From Leucoraja ocellata (taxonomy: Eukaryota): a DNA stretch of 64,000 nt. This document shows positions 49,118 through 61,610 of this stretch, in pieces. The stretch spans positions 930,001-994,000 of the forward strand of contig JAWMAR010000013.1 of assembly GCA_036785375.1 (NCBI GenBank). Direction: 5' to 3'. The notes under the pieces are model-generated. The model was not told the DNA's origin and did not search any database. It was given only the letters and a program-made list of their open reading frames with translations. Every line of letters begins with the position of its first letter. Within the stretch, counting starts at the first letter, position 1. Position numbers and translations under genes: made by a program.

Positions 49118-49519
49118 CTGAAGAAGAGAGAAAACTATCAGTAACAATTCTTTACTATGTGCAAGTTTAGAGAATGAAATGCCTAAAGACACAAGGCCTC
49201 CTGGTGCAGCAAGCGGTAAACATTGATGTGTGACCTTGGTGCCCTACAAATTCACTGCAAGCACCAACTTCCAATTTGACCAAAATCACATTGAATCAAT
49301 TTACGCAGAACATATGCAATGTATAAATGGATAACATGCAACATCAAAGGTTGGTGTGGGGAAATAGGTGTATTTTTTTTGGAGGGTTAATAGAGTTGGC
49401 ATAAATGTGAGTGTTGTGCTACAGGGATACGTGCATGGCCCTAAAGTGCAGTTATTAAATTTGCGCATGACAATGCTAGTTAGGATATTAAGCTGTGAAG
49501 TTGAGCTGACACAGTGAAG

Positions 49520-50335
49520 TGCAAGAGTAAAGAAAGATGTTGCAAATGCATAGTATATGGGAAATGGGAGACTGTCCATTTTGGTAGGGAAAATTAAAAA
49601 AATCTTATCATCTAAACATAAAGAGGTGTGGAGGAATCTGGGTGTCTTAGTGCATTTGTTACAGTAGGTTAAGGCACAGGTGCAGTAAGTTATAAGGAAA
49701 GCAAACAGCATGTCAGTGTTTATTAGAATTAGAATGGAGGTTATGAGTCAGACGTATAGGTAATCCATCAGGCATTGGGAGTACTGGGAAGAGAATATGT
49801 CTCTTTATTTAACAAAAAAATGCAAATGTGTTGGTAATGGAAAGACATAGTGCTGGAGTTAATTCAACACTTTGTGTCTTTTTGTGTCAACTTGCATCTG
49901 CAATTCCCCGTTTGTACCAATGGGCAGAAAAGATTGGACAGGCAAAACTCCTAACAGCTAGAGTTTAGAAGAATCCAGCCAGATCCTGGCAAGTGCTCAA
50001 ATAGTGGCTGTGTAGAGGCCGTTTCCACTCGCTGGAGAATCTGGACACGATCAGAGTTTAAAAATCAGGGGTCGCCATTTAAGACAGAGATAACATGATT
50101 TATTTTCACTTGTGAGGCTGCAACTATTTGGAACTCAGTTGCCCAAGGGCAATGGACGTGGAGCATTTTGAATATTTAAGGCTGAGGTTGTTAACCACGG
50201 GTTGAAAGGTTATGAAAAGGATAGGTAGGAACAGGGTGTTGAGGTTACAACTAGGTTAGTCATCATCTTATTGAATAGCTGAGCAAATTCCAGGAGCTGA
50301 GTGGTTTCCTCCCACTCCTAAATTGTATGTTCATA
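49520..50335 (+). mobile_element. Old, decayed CR1 fragment interrupted by a short Penelope-derived remnant
   Basis: Recognisable CR1 words (GGAAAGCAAACAGCATG, GAGTTTAGAAGAAT, CCATTTAAGACAGAGAT, 3' UTR). Confidence 0.55.
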
Positions 50336-52934
50336 CTTAAAAATACAGCAAATATTTTAAGTTGTAAAATTGTCTAATGCATCCTTGTACATCAATACAT
50401 CATGCACAGACCAAGAGCTCAAGTCCCAAGCCTACATTAGATATTCATGCACAACCACCTTAAAGATTAGAAGAAAACTCGGCTCTTTTATACTTCGTCC
50501 CATAAGAGATACAAATATGGGTGGAGCAAACTTCTGCACTCAGTCTTCAAATTAAGAAAAGTTCAGTGTGGAACATAAGAATTTTGCTTGTATCCATTAT
50601 TTATATATCTTAAAAAAGAAATACATTTGGGAAATTTGTTTGAGAAGGAGGCAGAGGAAATATTGGAGAGCAGTGGTGTGTTGAGAAAGGAGGGGGAGAA
50701 TGGGTCTTGGTAGCGAGAACAGGCTGCGGTTTGAAGGCTTTAACAAATAATATTTGCTTTAAGGTAATGATTCCTTGCTATGCGGATGCCTGCCTGGCAT
50801 AGGAACATTTCCCAAGAGTACCTTGGTCTGCACTTTGCAATGCTTATTTTTAATTTTATTATGGAAGATTGACTGTGAGAAATTTTAGTTTTAAATAAAA
50901 ATAAATCAATGCACTGATCTTCAAAGGTGGGGAATGAAATAACACAAGTCTATCTAGGTTATGAGGACTTTGCTGGAGGAGGGAATGATGTGTGTGTAAA
51001 TTTCCACTTCTGAAAGATGTTCTGAAATCCCTAAGCTTGCTTTATATATGCTGGGCATCCTTAATGTCTTTACAGCTTTCTTTTACTCACAAGTTTGCAA
51101 AATAAAGCTTTTGAATTGTAACAGTGCAAGAACATTTTGCAACACAGCAAGGACATCAAGTCGTCTTAAACATTCTGGTTGGTGATCCGACAGATAAAAG
51201 AGGTTAGTACTTAATCAATAGTTACCCTGAGAGCACCAGAGAAACACTGGTGTAGCCACAGCGTAGCTCTTTGACCCATCACACTGAGTCACCAAAGGAA
51301 TAAAGACTTTCTTTATAAACTAAAAGGGTAGGGTTCTTTTAGTACCAACTTCTGCGGATTGTGTTGCAGAGATCAACATTAGACGACGCAACATAACTTT
51401 CTCTGATAAAGGAAAACTGTTCAGGGATGTGGCAAAAGTTCCTTCGGGGGGGGAAAATGAAGTAGAGAAAATGTCCCTGTGAATAAAACACCCTTGACTT
51501 AGTGATCATACATGCGACAGCATATATCACTTTCTTAAATAACAAGTAAAACTGTTCAGAAAATGTATTGTCTCAACATTTGCATGACATAATACTCTTA
51601 AAATGTAAAATACAATCCTATTCTTATACCCTGGGAATTGTCGGGTCAAATCAATGCACTGAATAACCCCCGGACACTTCAGAAACATTTGAGACATTTT
51701 GTTTTCACCCTGAACTTGCAGCTCAGGAATATAATGGCGGACATTCCCTCATAACCACTTGCTGGGATGTGTTCTTGCAATTGACCAGCCAAACCTTTGT
51801 GGAATTGCAAGCACATTCTGCTACCAGTTGTCTGACCAAGAAAGAGGCGATTCTGATCAAATCAATGGCGACAGATTAGAGAGCCTGGATATGAGGCAAT
51901 TGATATTTAGCTGCCGCACTTTGTACATTATGATTTGCTTCTACATTTGTAATCACTTGTATTATAAACTCGAGAGGCAACTTCCATATTGTGAGTCATG
52001 TAAGAGTGATCAAGGTGCACTCTATATCTTGTACACTCCATGAGTTTGAAACGATATTTAAAAATGTATTTGATCAGCATCTTAATGACATTCACTGGGA
52101 TTCAATGATAGCCGTGTTCCTGTTGTTGGCACTCTGAGGAATGGCCCAGGTGACAGGTTTGTAAATGATTGGCGGCGTAATCACCTTTTTAGAACGGTCC
52201 AGCTCAGTAATGAGCAGTTGTGAGAGCACAGAGCATTGACAGACCTTATCAACTTAACGCACACCTGCAATTAGTCCATGGAAGTCTCTAATAAACTGGT
52301 CATTAGCACTGCTAATAGGCAGGGAATTTTGGAGAGGGGGGAAATTCTTGAAAGAGGAAGCAAATGATGCTTCTTGTTTTAGTTTTGTATTACTAGAGAA
52401 TTTAATGCAATTGCTAAATGACACTGATTTAATTTATCCCCACATTTTTAAGGGCCATCAGATTTCCAGATAAAATTCTAAAAAGCAGAGTTTGAGATCA
52501 TCCCTTCGGTCAGTGGATTGCAGGTCTCTGGTGAGACATGTGAGTCTCCAGAAGGCAGTGAGAAAAGAAAACTGGAAGATGGTACACAGAAATAGTGGCA
52601 CCAGGTTCAGGAGTGCTCAGAATCAGGCAAACTACAGTGGGATTAATTGACACATTATTTCAATTTAGCCATGCATGCATATGTCGATCTGTTATATTTT
52701 AGATATATGTTATATTTTGGCCTGTGTTAAGAGTGGAATCAAGCAAATGTTACAGTGATAGGTTATTTTCAGGTACTACCACTTTGTAAATTGTCCTACA
52801 TAGTCTTAAGATTTGCGATGCAAGTCATTAAAGATAGGCTCCTTGTTGAAAATTCTAGCAAATTGAATTAGTGCAACCACACCATCTACCTGGTTTCTCC
52901 TATTTTAAAAGTGGGAACCATACTGAAATAATAA

Positions 52935-53480
52935 TCAAATATTGAAAGGCCTAAATAATGTAGACATGGAAAGGATGTTTCCAGTAATGAGAGAGTCTAG
53001 AACCAGAGGGCACAGCCCCAGAATGAAAAGACGCACCTTTAGAATGAAGATGAGGAGGAATTTCTTTAGCCAGAGGGTGGTCAATCTGTGGAATCCATTG
53101 CAACAGACCACTGCGGAGGCCAAGACATTGGGTATTTTTAAAGCCAATAGGTTCTTGATTAGTAAGGGAGTCAAAGGGTAGAGAATGGGGTTGAAAAGAA
53201 AAATAATCGATCAGCTATGATCGAATGGTGGCGTAGACTCGATGGGCTGAATAGCCTAATTCTGCTCCAGGATGAGCTGCCAGAGGAGGTAGTTGAGGCA
53301 TGTATTATAACAGCATTTAAAATATACTCCAACATGTACATGGCTAGGAAAAGTTTAGAGGGATATGGACCAAATGTGGGCAGATGGGGACGAGCTTAGA
53401 TTGGGCCTCTTGGTGAGCATGGATGAGTTGTGCTGAAGGGACTGTTTCTGTGCTGTATGACTCTCTATAAATCTCTATGA
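52935..53480 (+). mobile_element. Two adjacent CR1 3' fragments
   Basis: KGLNNVDMERMFPVMRESRTRGH...RRNFFSQRVVNLWN, then a second 3' UTR ending TATGACTCT. Confidence 0.75.
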
Positions 53481-54230
53481 CTGACCGACTCACTCTTGAG
53501 TTGCCTGACTGGCTGAAAACTGTTCCTATCTACCAATTAATTATCCACAAGTCCACTTTTAATAATATTTCCAAACAAGAAAGGATGTTGTTGTAACTCT
53601 GGCATCGTGACTATATTTCAATGTAATAACGTTTACAGAACTCGCTAACTGTAAATCTACTTGGGGCGAGATAGTTCAAGTTATTTTCCAAACACTTCCC
53701 TGTTCTTGTGGTACTGAGCTCAGCACAATTCAACGATATGGTGCTGCGTGCAACAAGCCACCAGGAAGTGCTCATATTCACCACGCTTGGTTCCGTGGTT
53801 TTATCTTTGAGTTAAAGGCACAAGAAATAGAAGCAAAAATAGGCCATTTTAACCCGTCATTCTGCTGCGCTGATCTTTTACCTCAGCTATTTTCCTGCAA
53901 TAATCTAAATTTTTTGAATCCTTCAATAAATAAATATCAATAAATCTCAGTCTTGAATATCCTCAGCAACCGTCTCCATAGCCCCTACTGGGCAGAGAAC
54001 TCAAAGGATTCACTCTTCTTTGGGTTAAGAATTTTCTCTTCATTTTTGTCCTGAATGTCCACCCTCTTAATTTTGTAACCGTGACCTCTGATCCTAGACA
54101 TCCTGGCCCGGAGAAACAGGAACCTAATTATTAAACCCTTCACCTCTCATTTTTCTGAACACAAGGCTGCATTGGCCTAACCTCCTTGATTTCTCTTCAT
54201 ATGACAAAACTTGCATTCCAGGAATTAATC

Positions 54231-54436
54231 TTGGTGTCACAAGTAGCACAAAAAGCTGGAGTAACTCAGCTGGACTGATTGCACCTCTGGAGACTCGACA
54301 GACTTGACCAGAAATGTCACCCATTCCTTCTCTCCAGAGATCTTGCCTGTCTCGCCGAGTTACTCTAGCTTTCTGTGTCTTTCTTTGGTTTAAATCAACA
54401 TCTGCAGTTCCTTCCTACACATTGGTGTCACAAGTA
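54231..54436. mobile_element. Decayed fold-back Penelope-derived element inside a minus-strand CR1 remnant (about 53820-54510)
   Basis: 15-bp TSD TTGGTGTCACAAGTA at 54231-54245 and 54422-54436; inverted arms with the centre deleted. Confidence 0.8.
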
Positions 54437-57386
54437 TACTGTTCCTTCGGTAGGGAGACCTAACCTGTTTATAATATTCCAGATGCAATCTCACCTGGGC
54501 CCTATATAATCTGAGTAAATTCACTGCCCTTTCCACCTCATCTCAGTACCATATAAGACTGAAGTAAAATGCTAAGCAACCACTTTAAGAAGCTGATAAT
54601 ACTATAGAACATCTTTACCCTGCAAAATAGCACCTTCTAATTGCTCTTTTACTCATGAGAGACAAAGGTCACTCTTGGGAGAGGATTCACTGGCATTGCA
54701 TAAATGTGTTTCAGTGTACAGTTACAGTGTACTGTTTGAGTTTGCCTTTGCCCCCTGCCCTGCCCTGCCATCCCACCGATGGATGTGTTGACTGAAAAAA
54801 ACCTCTCTCCAAAAGCCAGGCATTAAGCCCAATAAACTCCTGCAAAAATCAGGTTAGAATTCTGTTCAGAATATAAATAGTTACTGGCTAACACAGGGTT
54901 AAAGGCAACAGCAAACTGTGTAATCCTGTAATACATTGGTGTCCCTTCTTGTTATGGAGCATCCCACTGCACTAACAACAGTCAGTGCATTATTACTGAG
55001 GATCAAAGCCACCAACCCTGTCTCACATGCTCTTTATCAGTTAATCACTCTATTCATCTCTGAATAATCACCCTGCTAAATCCTCTCCCTATCTCCCAGC
55101 ACATGGGTATTTGATTCCTGATGGCCATCTGCCGGTAAGGGTCAAGCAACAGCATACAGCCTCTTGCCCTGGTGGTTTCTCCAGGGAAGTCTGGTCCCTG
55201 CCACTACTTTCTTCTTCTCATTTCAGACACATTGATGAATGCTGAAAGCAAATTAAACTTAAAAGACAATTAAGAAATCAAGGTGATGTTAGTTTATGAA
55301 ATTGGTGAAACTAGATTTAGTGTACTAGTTGTCACCATTACAAACATTACAAGTCGGGATAATTTGCTTTTTGTTGTTTATGCAAACTGCAGATTAAGTT
55401 TTCAAAATGCAACATGTCAGAGGTACTGAATCAATTCATTGTTTAGCTTTACATACACTATTTTTTGCAGCAGTGTCGCTGTTTGGTTACATGGCTGAAC
55501 AAACTCCCTGGCTGTTGTTTTAATAATTGTGTAGGCCTTCTAACTGGCAAATTCATTGCATGGCACAGCAAATTTCCAATTGTAACAAAATTGTAAACCC
55601 ATTCACTATATAGACCAGGCTTTTAAAGCTCAAACTTTGCATGTTACTTTCAAAACCAAGTCATTTCTTCTTCTATTCCTCCTATTCCCAAGACGCTTGA
55701 TTAAAATAAAATTATCCCCACTTGCCGGAAAAACACAATGATATGTGGAAAAGGAATGCAAAAAGCAAACGTCAATGTCCATGATGAGAATTGTCTGCAG
55801 ACGGTTGGTTTCATGCTGCAAGGATGAGAGTCAGGAGCTGGCCTGTAAACACAGGGAGTGATTGGAGCATGGACCGTTCTTTTACTGCCAGTAGATGCCA
55901 CTCACAGATTCTATAAATATATGCATGCTGACATCAAAGGGCTGAATGCAGAGATTACATGGCCATATGTTTGTTTTTTCAAATGTTTCTCAGTGGCCAT
56001 ATACCAGGGAGAAAATACTTTAGAATTACAGCTCTTGCAGAGATTTTGATTTTGTAATGAATTATTACATTACATTACTGATTTGCACCTTGACATATTA
56101 CCTTCACATTTAAGAAACAATTTGTCATCATATATATCTATGTGGGGAAACTGGAAATTGTAACCCCTTCCCCAGCCCCCTTCCTAGAAGATGCAGATGC
56201 CTCACCCTTGAAAAATAAATTCAAGCCATGGGCCACTACCAAAGCGTGATGCTGCTTTACTTCGTCACGCTTCCACTTTCAAATGAGATTATGGGACAAA
56301 TGGGCAGGAAAAGCTGCTGGTTGTGCCTGGCTGTCATCAACATTGTTTTATGCTGGACAGACGTGAGGCACATGTCTCCTGTGGCCCATCATGTTGCATT
56401 GGTCACTGTTTTGTCAGAAGGGTGAGGTGAGAATTCCCACAACTCATCCAACACAGAAGTAAATTTCAACCTTTGGTGTGTACTGCCAGAGTTAAGCCGA
56501 ATTCAGAGTATGCCAGCAATAATGAAAATAATCATATAAAAATACAACACAGGATATGATGAACGATAGCTCTATTAATATGGTTTGGCAGCTGCTGACA
56601 ATTCTATCGGTTTAACTTTGTTCATAGTGAAAAGGAACTTTTAAACACAATGTGCAGCACAAATAGAGGCTATTTCTCAACTAAAATAATGTGGCTCTAA
56701 TGGGAAATGTCAGAACATTTATCCCTGTACTTAAAGAAGAAAAAGTTGAATTGATACAAAGTCAATAAATCTAGACTCCAAAACTGCTGCCAGTCAAAGC
56801 ACAACAGCCATGAAACTTGAAAGAAAGGCAGCTACATGAGAAAATGGTTCCCCACTGTTCCTGTTGTAAAGATTATAGAATAACCCCTTGGGCATCTCTG
56901 CAACAGAGCGCGCGCGCACCATTCACAAACAGACAGCAGTATGAGAAGCTAAATACAATCTGATCAGCTGAATGGGAGGCAGTTGGTCGCTTACATGAGG
57001 AGCAACCACCCTAAGCCACATTTGTTTTGTTCTTGCCGTCCTCGTTTGATCGCTGATTTGTGCGCCTTGCAGGCTCTTTGCTACAGGTTTTCGTTCAATA
57101 CAATTTGGACCACCTACCTCTCCACATCTTGTTCTAAATTCAGCTAATAGGAGGTGCAATTCAAGTAAGGCAACATTTACTCTGGCACTCCACCTACCAG
57201 ATTAATCAAGAATTAGTGAAATGTCCTAAAGAGTCAGGGTATCCGACCAAACATTGGGGGAGATTCAAATCTGCTTTTTGTCTTAATGCTGAATGACAGG
57301 CACCCCCTGACTAAGTGACCAGATGAGACTCTTCAAAATTAAATCTATAAAGACCATAATTAAGATAAATATTTTGCTTGAGCAAG

Positions 57387-57576
57387 GCAAGCTCAGGAGA
57401 ACAGGTGGACACAAAATGCTGGAGTAACTCAGCGGGACTGGCAGCATCTCTGAAGAGATTTCTCTCCTTCTCTCCAGAGATGCTGCCTGTCCTGCTGAGT
57501 TACTCCAGCATTTTGTGTCCACCTTCGATTTAAACCAGCATCTTCAGTTCTTTCCTACGCAAGCTCAGGAGAACAG
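57387..57576. mobile_element. Fold-back Penelope-derived element with central deletion
   Basis: 18-bp TSD GCAAGCTCAGGAGAACAG at 57387-57404 and 57559-57576; arms begin GTGGACACAAAATGCTGG and end CCAGCATTTTGTGTCCAC. Confidence 0.85.
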
Positions 57577-57981
57577 TCAGCCAATGCTAAAGATTAGATG
57601 ACTGAACTGAATCAATGCAAAAAGCTAAAGACCAAAAAAAAAATCATCTCACAACAGGTTCACAACTGCATCCAGAAGATCCCATTCTATCTACAAAATA
57701 TTACAAGTCTGGATTCGTACATGAAGTCTCCACTGGTGATTTTTTTTCCTGATGAGTAACCCAGTTTAATCTGAGTCTCTTTTAAAGTATCAATGGACAG
57801 CTTCAGCCATTTTTTCTGGCTGAGAATTCCACTTTCGCGCTGTCCTTTGTAATAATTATTTTCTAATTTCCACTTTTTGAGCTTCTTTCATTTATGATTT
57901 CATTTTACCATTGCGTTCAACAATAGCTACAATTACTATTCAGAACCAAATCAGGTTTGGTAACTTATTCAGCTCCACTGT

Positions 57982-58270
57982 GGGCAGCACGGTGGCACCG
58001 CGGCCGAGTTGCTGCCTTACAGCGCCAGAGATCCGGGTTCGATCCTGTCTACAGTTGCTTCTCTGTACGGAGTTTGTACGTTCTCCCCATGACTTGCGCG
58101 AGTCTTTTTTTCCAGGATCTCAGGTTTCCTAAGACACTCCAAAGATGTACAGGTTTGTAGGTTAATTGGCTTGGTATAATTGGCTTGTAAATTATCCCTA
58201 GCGTATGTAGGATAGTGTTAGTGTGCGCAGACTGTGAGCCGGAGGGCCTGTTTCAACACTAAAACTAAAC
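57982..58270 (+). mobile_element. tRNA-derived SINE (HE1-like), near full length
   Basis: A-box-like GGTGGCACCGCGG, B box GGTTCGATCC, CR1-like 3' end GGGCCTGTTTC and CTAAA repeat tail. Confidence 0.75.
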
Positions 58271-61200
58271 CAGACTTGATTTGGCCATGTTGCAGTCTCA
58301 TATACTCAAACTACCATACTTAACTTGTGCAACAACTAGCCAAATTCCTGTTATTTACTTTCTCATTTAAGCTATTACCAATTGCGCAAATTTTTCTTTC
58401 CTTATTCTCAGTTCCAAATATATTAAAAACTGCACCTTGGTTAAGTATAGTGCTTGGCATTTGCCAACTACACGCCCATCTTGGCAGGTTTTTACATTAT
58501 TTTCCAGTCTCTCGATAGTTCTCTTCATGTTAAAAGAAATGCTTTGCGGAAGAGCTATCAGAAGAATCCATCAACAGCTCGGTCAATGTTGTTGGTTTTG
58601 AAAGAGTTCAAAGCATGGGAGAGATGGTAAGACATTGGGAATGAATTCCAGTGTCAAATCCAAGTGACCAAAGGCATCAGCAGTAATGGTGCAAAGCTGC
58701 GAAAAGTGAAGGCTTTGGTTAAGAGGTTGAAATAGTAGGTGAATATAAACCTTCTTCACATGTAAGGTCTGCTGTGCCAGTGAGTAATGTCACCTCAGAA
58801 AATCATTGCCAAGTGTGTCCAAATTAATGGGGGGGGGACGGGGGGAGGGATTGGGAAAAGAAATGACAGAAACAAGCTAATAACCAAATTGACAGTTTTT
58901 AAAACAAAATCACCAGATCATTTAAAACTTCTACACAGAGGTTAAGTATAGATCAATAGGTCAAATCTACACAAGCTAGTAAATAATTAGATCTGCATGA
59001 TTTAGTTTCCAAAGGAGCCCTGTAACTTAGCAAGAATCACACCAAATAATTACAATGACAAATAAATCAGTTTTTAAGTTAGTGAATTTACCAGGCTACT
59101 TCCAAAACAACAGTCACAGTGATACGGGAAATAACTAATTCTAATACAACTCAAACATAGTCTGTTTAACAAAAAGAGATTTGTCATAGTGTTGAGCTAT
59201 TACCAGGGAACCCAGCAGAACCAAATGACAATGGTAAGTTTCACTCAAAAGAAAGAATCCCAACTTGCCAGCTGACAGGAGCATCCCTTGTCTAACAGGT
59301 GCTCAATTTACACAAACCTCTTTTTGTTTATTGTACTAAGTAGCAGCTGTTTACTGCACTAGCTACTAACCCTGCCCCCCACCCCCCCAACTCCAAAGCA
59401 ATCCCCTGACACAGACAGAGACAAGTGAGTGCTTTCAATCGGGTCAAGTTTAAATTGTTGTCTATTCTAATAATTGCAGCACAAGCTGTGATCTGACACA
59501 TTACTAGAGACATTACAGAGAATAATAAAGATAGTTATCGTCAGTAAACAGACAGTTTAAAAATAGACCTTTTAATTAGCATTACTCAGTTTGACAAGGG
59601 GAGAGTAGCAATTGGGGCTACACGGAGCTTGTCTTTCTGTTGATAATGGTCTTTAAATTCTAGCCTCAATATAGTGCCATAGGCAGTTAGGAGTTGTGGT
59701 GAAAGAAACATGAAGAATTGTATCTGTGCAGGATAACATTTAAAAATATATAAAACTCTATTCTCCCCCTGAAATAATCTCCAAATGCTTCCCAAGGCAG
59801 GACGTTTGATGCATTATCATCTTCTGCCATGACAGAAAATGCTCATCATCATTCCACCATCCTATCACCACGGACTCTTATCACAACCTCTGCCGCCCCA
59901 GACATCCCCCCCCCCCCCCCCCCCGACAACCTTGCCATCTCCAACTCCCCCAATTCAACCATTGCCTCTGCAGACACAATCTCCCAGTTAGGAGTTCTCC
60001 CAATCATAAACATAGTCACCTCTGCCTCACTTCGCAACACAACCCATGCCTCTCCTGCCATAACTCTTCACCTCCGACTCTCCTGACAAACCCCCTCCCA
60101 TACCCCCCCCCCCCCCCAACATTCCCCACAATCCCTGGCAACCTTACCACCACCAATGACCTAAAAACTTCTTCCTCCATCATAGTTTTCAACATGCCCT
60201 AGCTCACACTTCCTTTCCCCCCCCCACCGCCCCCCACCTTCTCCTCCTCTAAGGAACATCAGACTTCCCATCAATCGCCACCATGAGTTCTTTCTCTCCC
60301 TGAACTCTCATACCCGGCATCAGTTTCCATGCCCAACAGGCAGCCAGGCTGCCAAGCTGGTTACCCACTGGGCAGAAACCTTCTGAGAACAGTTATAAAA
60401 TATTATGCAGTCAATCTCAGCAAGGAGTCTGGGAAACCTAAACTTCCGAGATCCCCATCCAGAATTCTTTCCATCCAGCCTTTTCCCCAGTCCTGATCAA
60501 ATATTGAGGCCAATGGTTCAAGCTGAGCATAATTTCAAGGGTCTCAACACCTCTCCAGGCTCCAGCCTAAGTGCAACCTTTTCAGGGCAACCAGGGATAG
60601 GCAATTAATGGTGCGTTTGCCAGCTCAGCTCAAATACAAGAATTAGTTTAAAAAAGTCTGATATGCTTCCATTCTCCTGTTATGGCCCTCCCTAACTTAC
60701 TCACAAAGTACTGTAACTTCTTAGCATTTGATAGAATTAATCTTACAATTGCTCCCTTCATTTGTGAAACTTTGTAACAGCAGCCTTGCTCGTTCCCAGT
60801 AATAACCAGGGTAACTCTGGTACAGAGTTCCACTCTCTGTAGTGACTGAGTCTATCCAAGAATATGTAACATTAATACTCTATTCGGTTCTCACTTTCTG
60901 GCTGCCTCATCAGAACATCACCCGCAGTTACGAGGCAAATATTATATACCGATAATACTAAGATACACCATTTTTACCAATTCTTATTTTCCCCAAAGTG
61001 ACACTTGATAGTCAATGCTTGTCCTTAACAAATCACGGATCTACTGGAGTTTATTCTAGTTCACCATTCAGAAAACTATAGCTATAATTTTCACTCACAA
61101 TCAAATCTCTGCCCCCTCCCCAGCCTCTAGATTAGGCTGAAATCAGAATGTTCACAATCTTTTAATGGTATTTTGTTCCTGTCCCCTCCATCACATTGAC

Positions 61201-61394
61201 TTATATCTACCTTCAGTATTGTATCGATTCATCTAATTTGCTACTGAGTCTAACATACTGGTCTCATCACTAGACTAGACTCTTCCAGTACACAGTTGAT
61301 GGGCCTCTCACACTCTAACTACACACCTCACTTCATTCATGCCTCCACATCTCAAGTCTAAAATTGTAATTGTTAATCCTTCCATTGGCAGGTG

Positions 61395-61610
61395 TTGAGT
61401 TTGTACATTCTCCCTGTGACTTCACGGATTTCTTCTGGGCAATCTGGTTTCCTCCCTTGTTTGGAGGTTATTGGCTGCTGGAAATTGCCCCTAATGTGGG
61501 CGAGTGGTAGAATCTGGGGGAACTTTGGGGAGTGTGGAGAGAATAAAATGGGATCAGTAGAGTGCTGACTTGATGGGATGAATGGCCTGTTTCCATGTTA
61601 TATGACTCTG
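61395..61610 (+). mobile_element. Decayed HE1-like SINE 3' part
   Basis: GAGTTTGTACATTCTCCCTGTGAC...AAATTGCCCCTA...GGCCTGTTTCCATG..TATGACTCT. Confidence 0.55.

Noticed and set aside
57982-58060. tRNA gene
   Set aside because: A/B boxes are present but there is no complete cloverleaf, and the sequence continues into SINE body and tail.
59829-60300. Pro/Ser/Thr-rich and Gly-rich ORFs
   Set aside because: C-rich low-complexity DNA with poly-C runs, no recognisable protein and no convincing splice sites.
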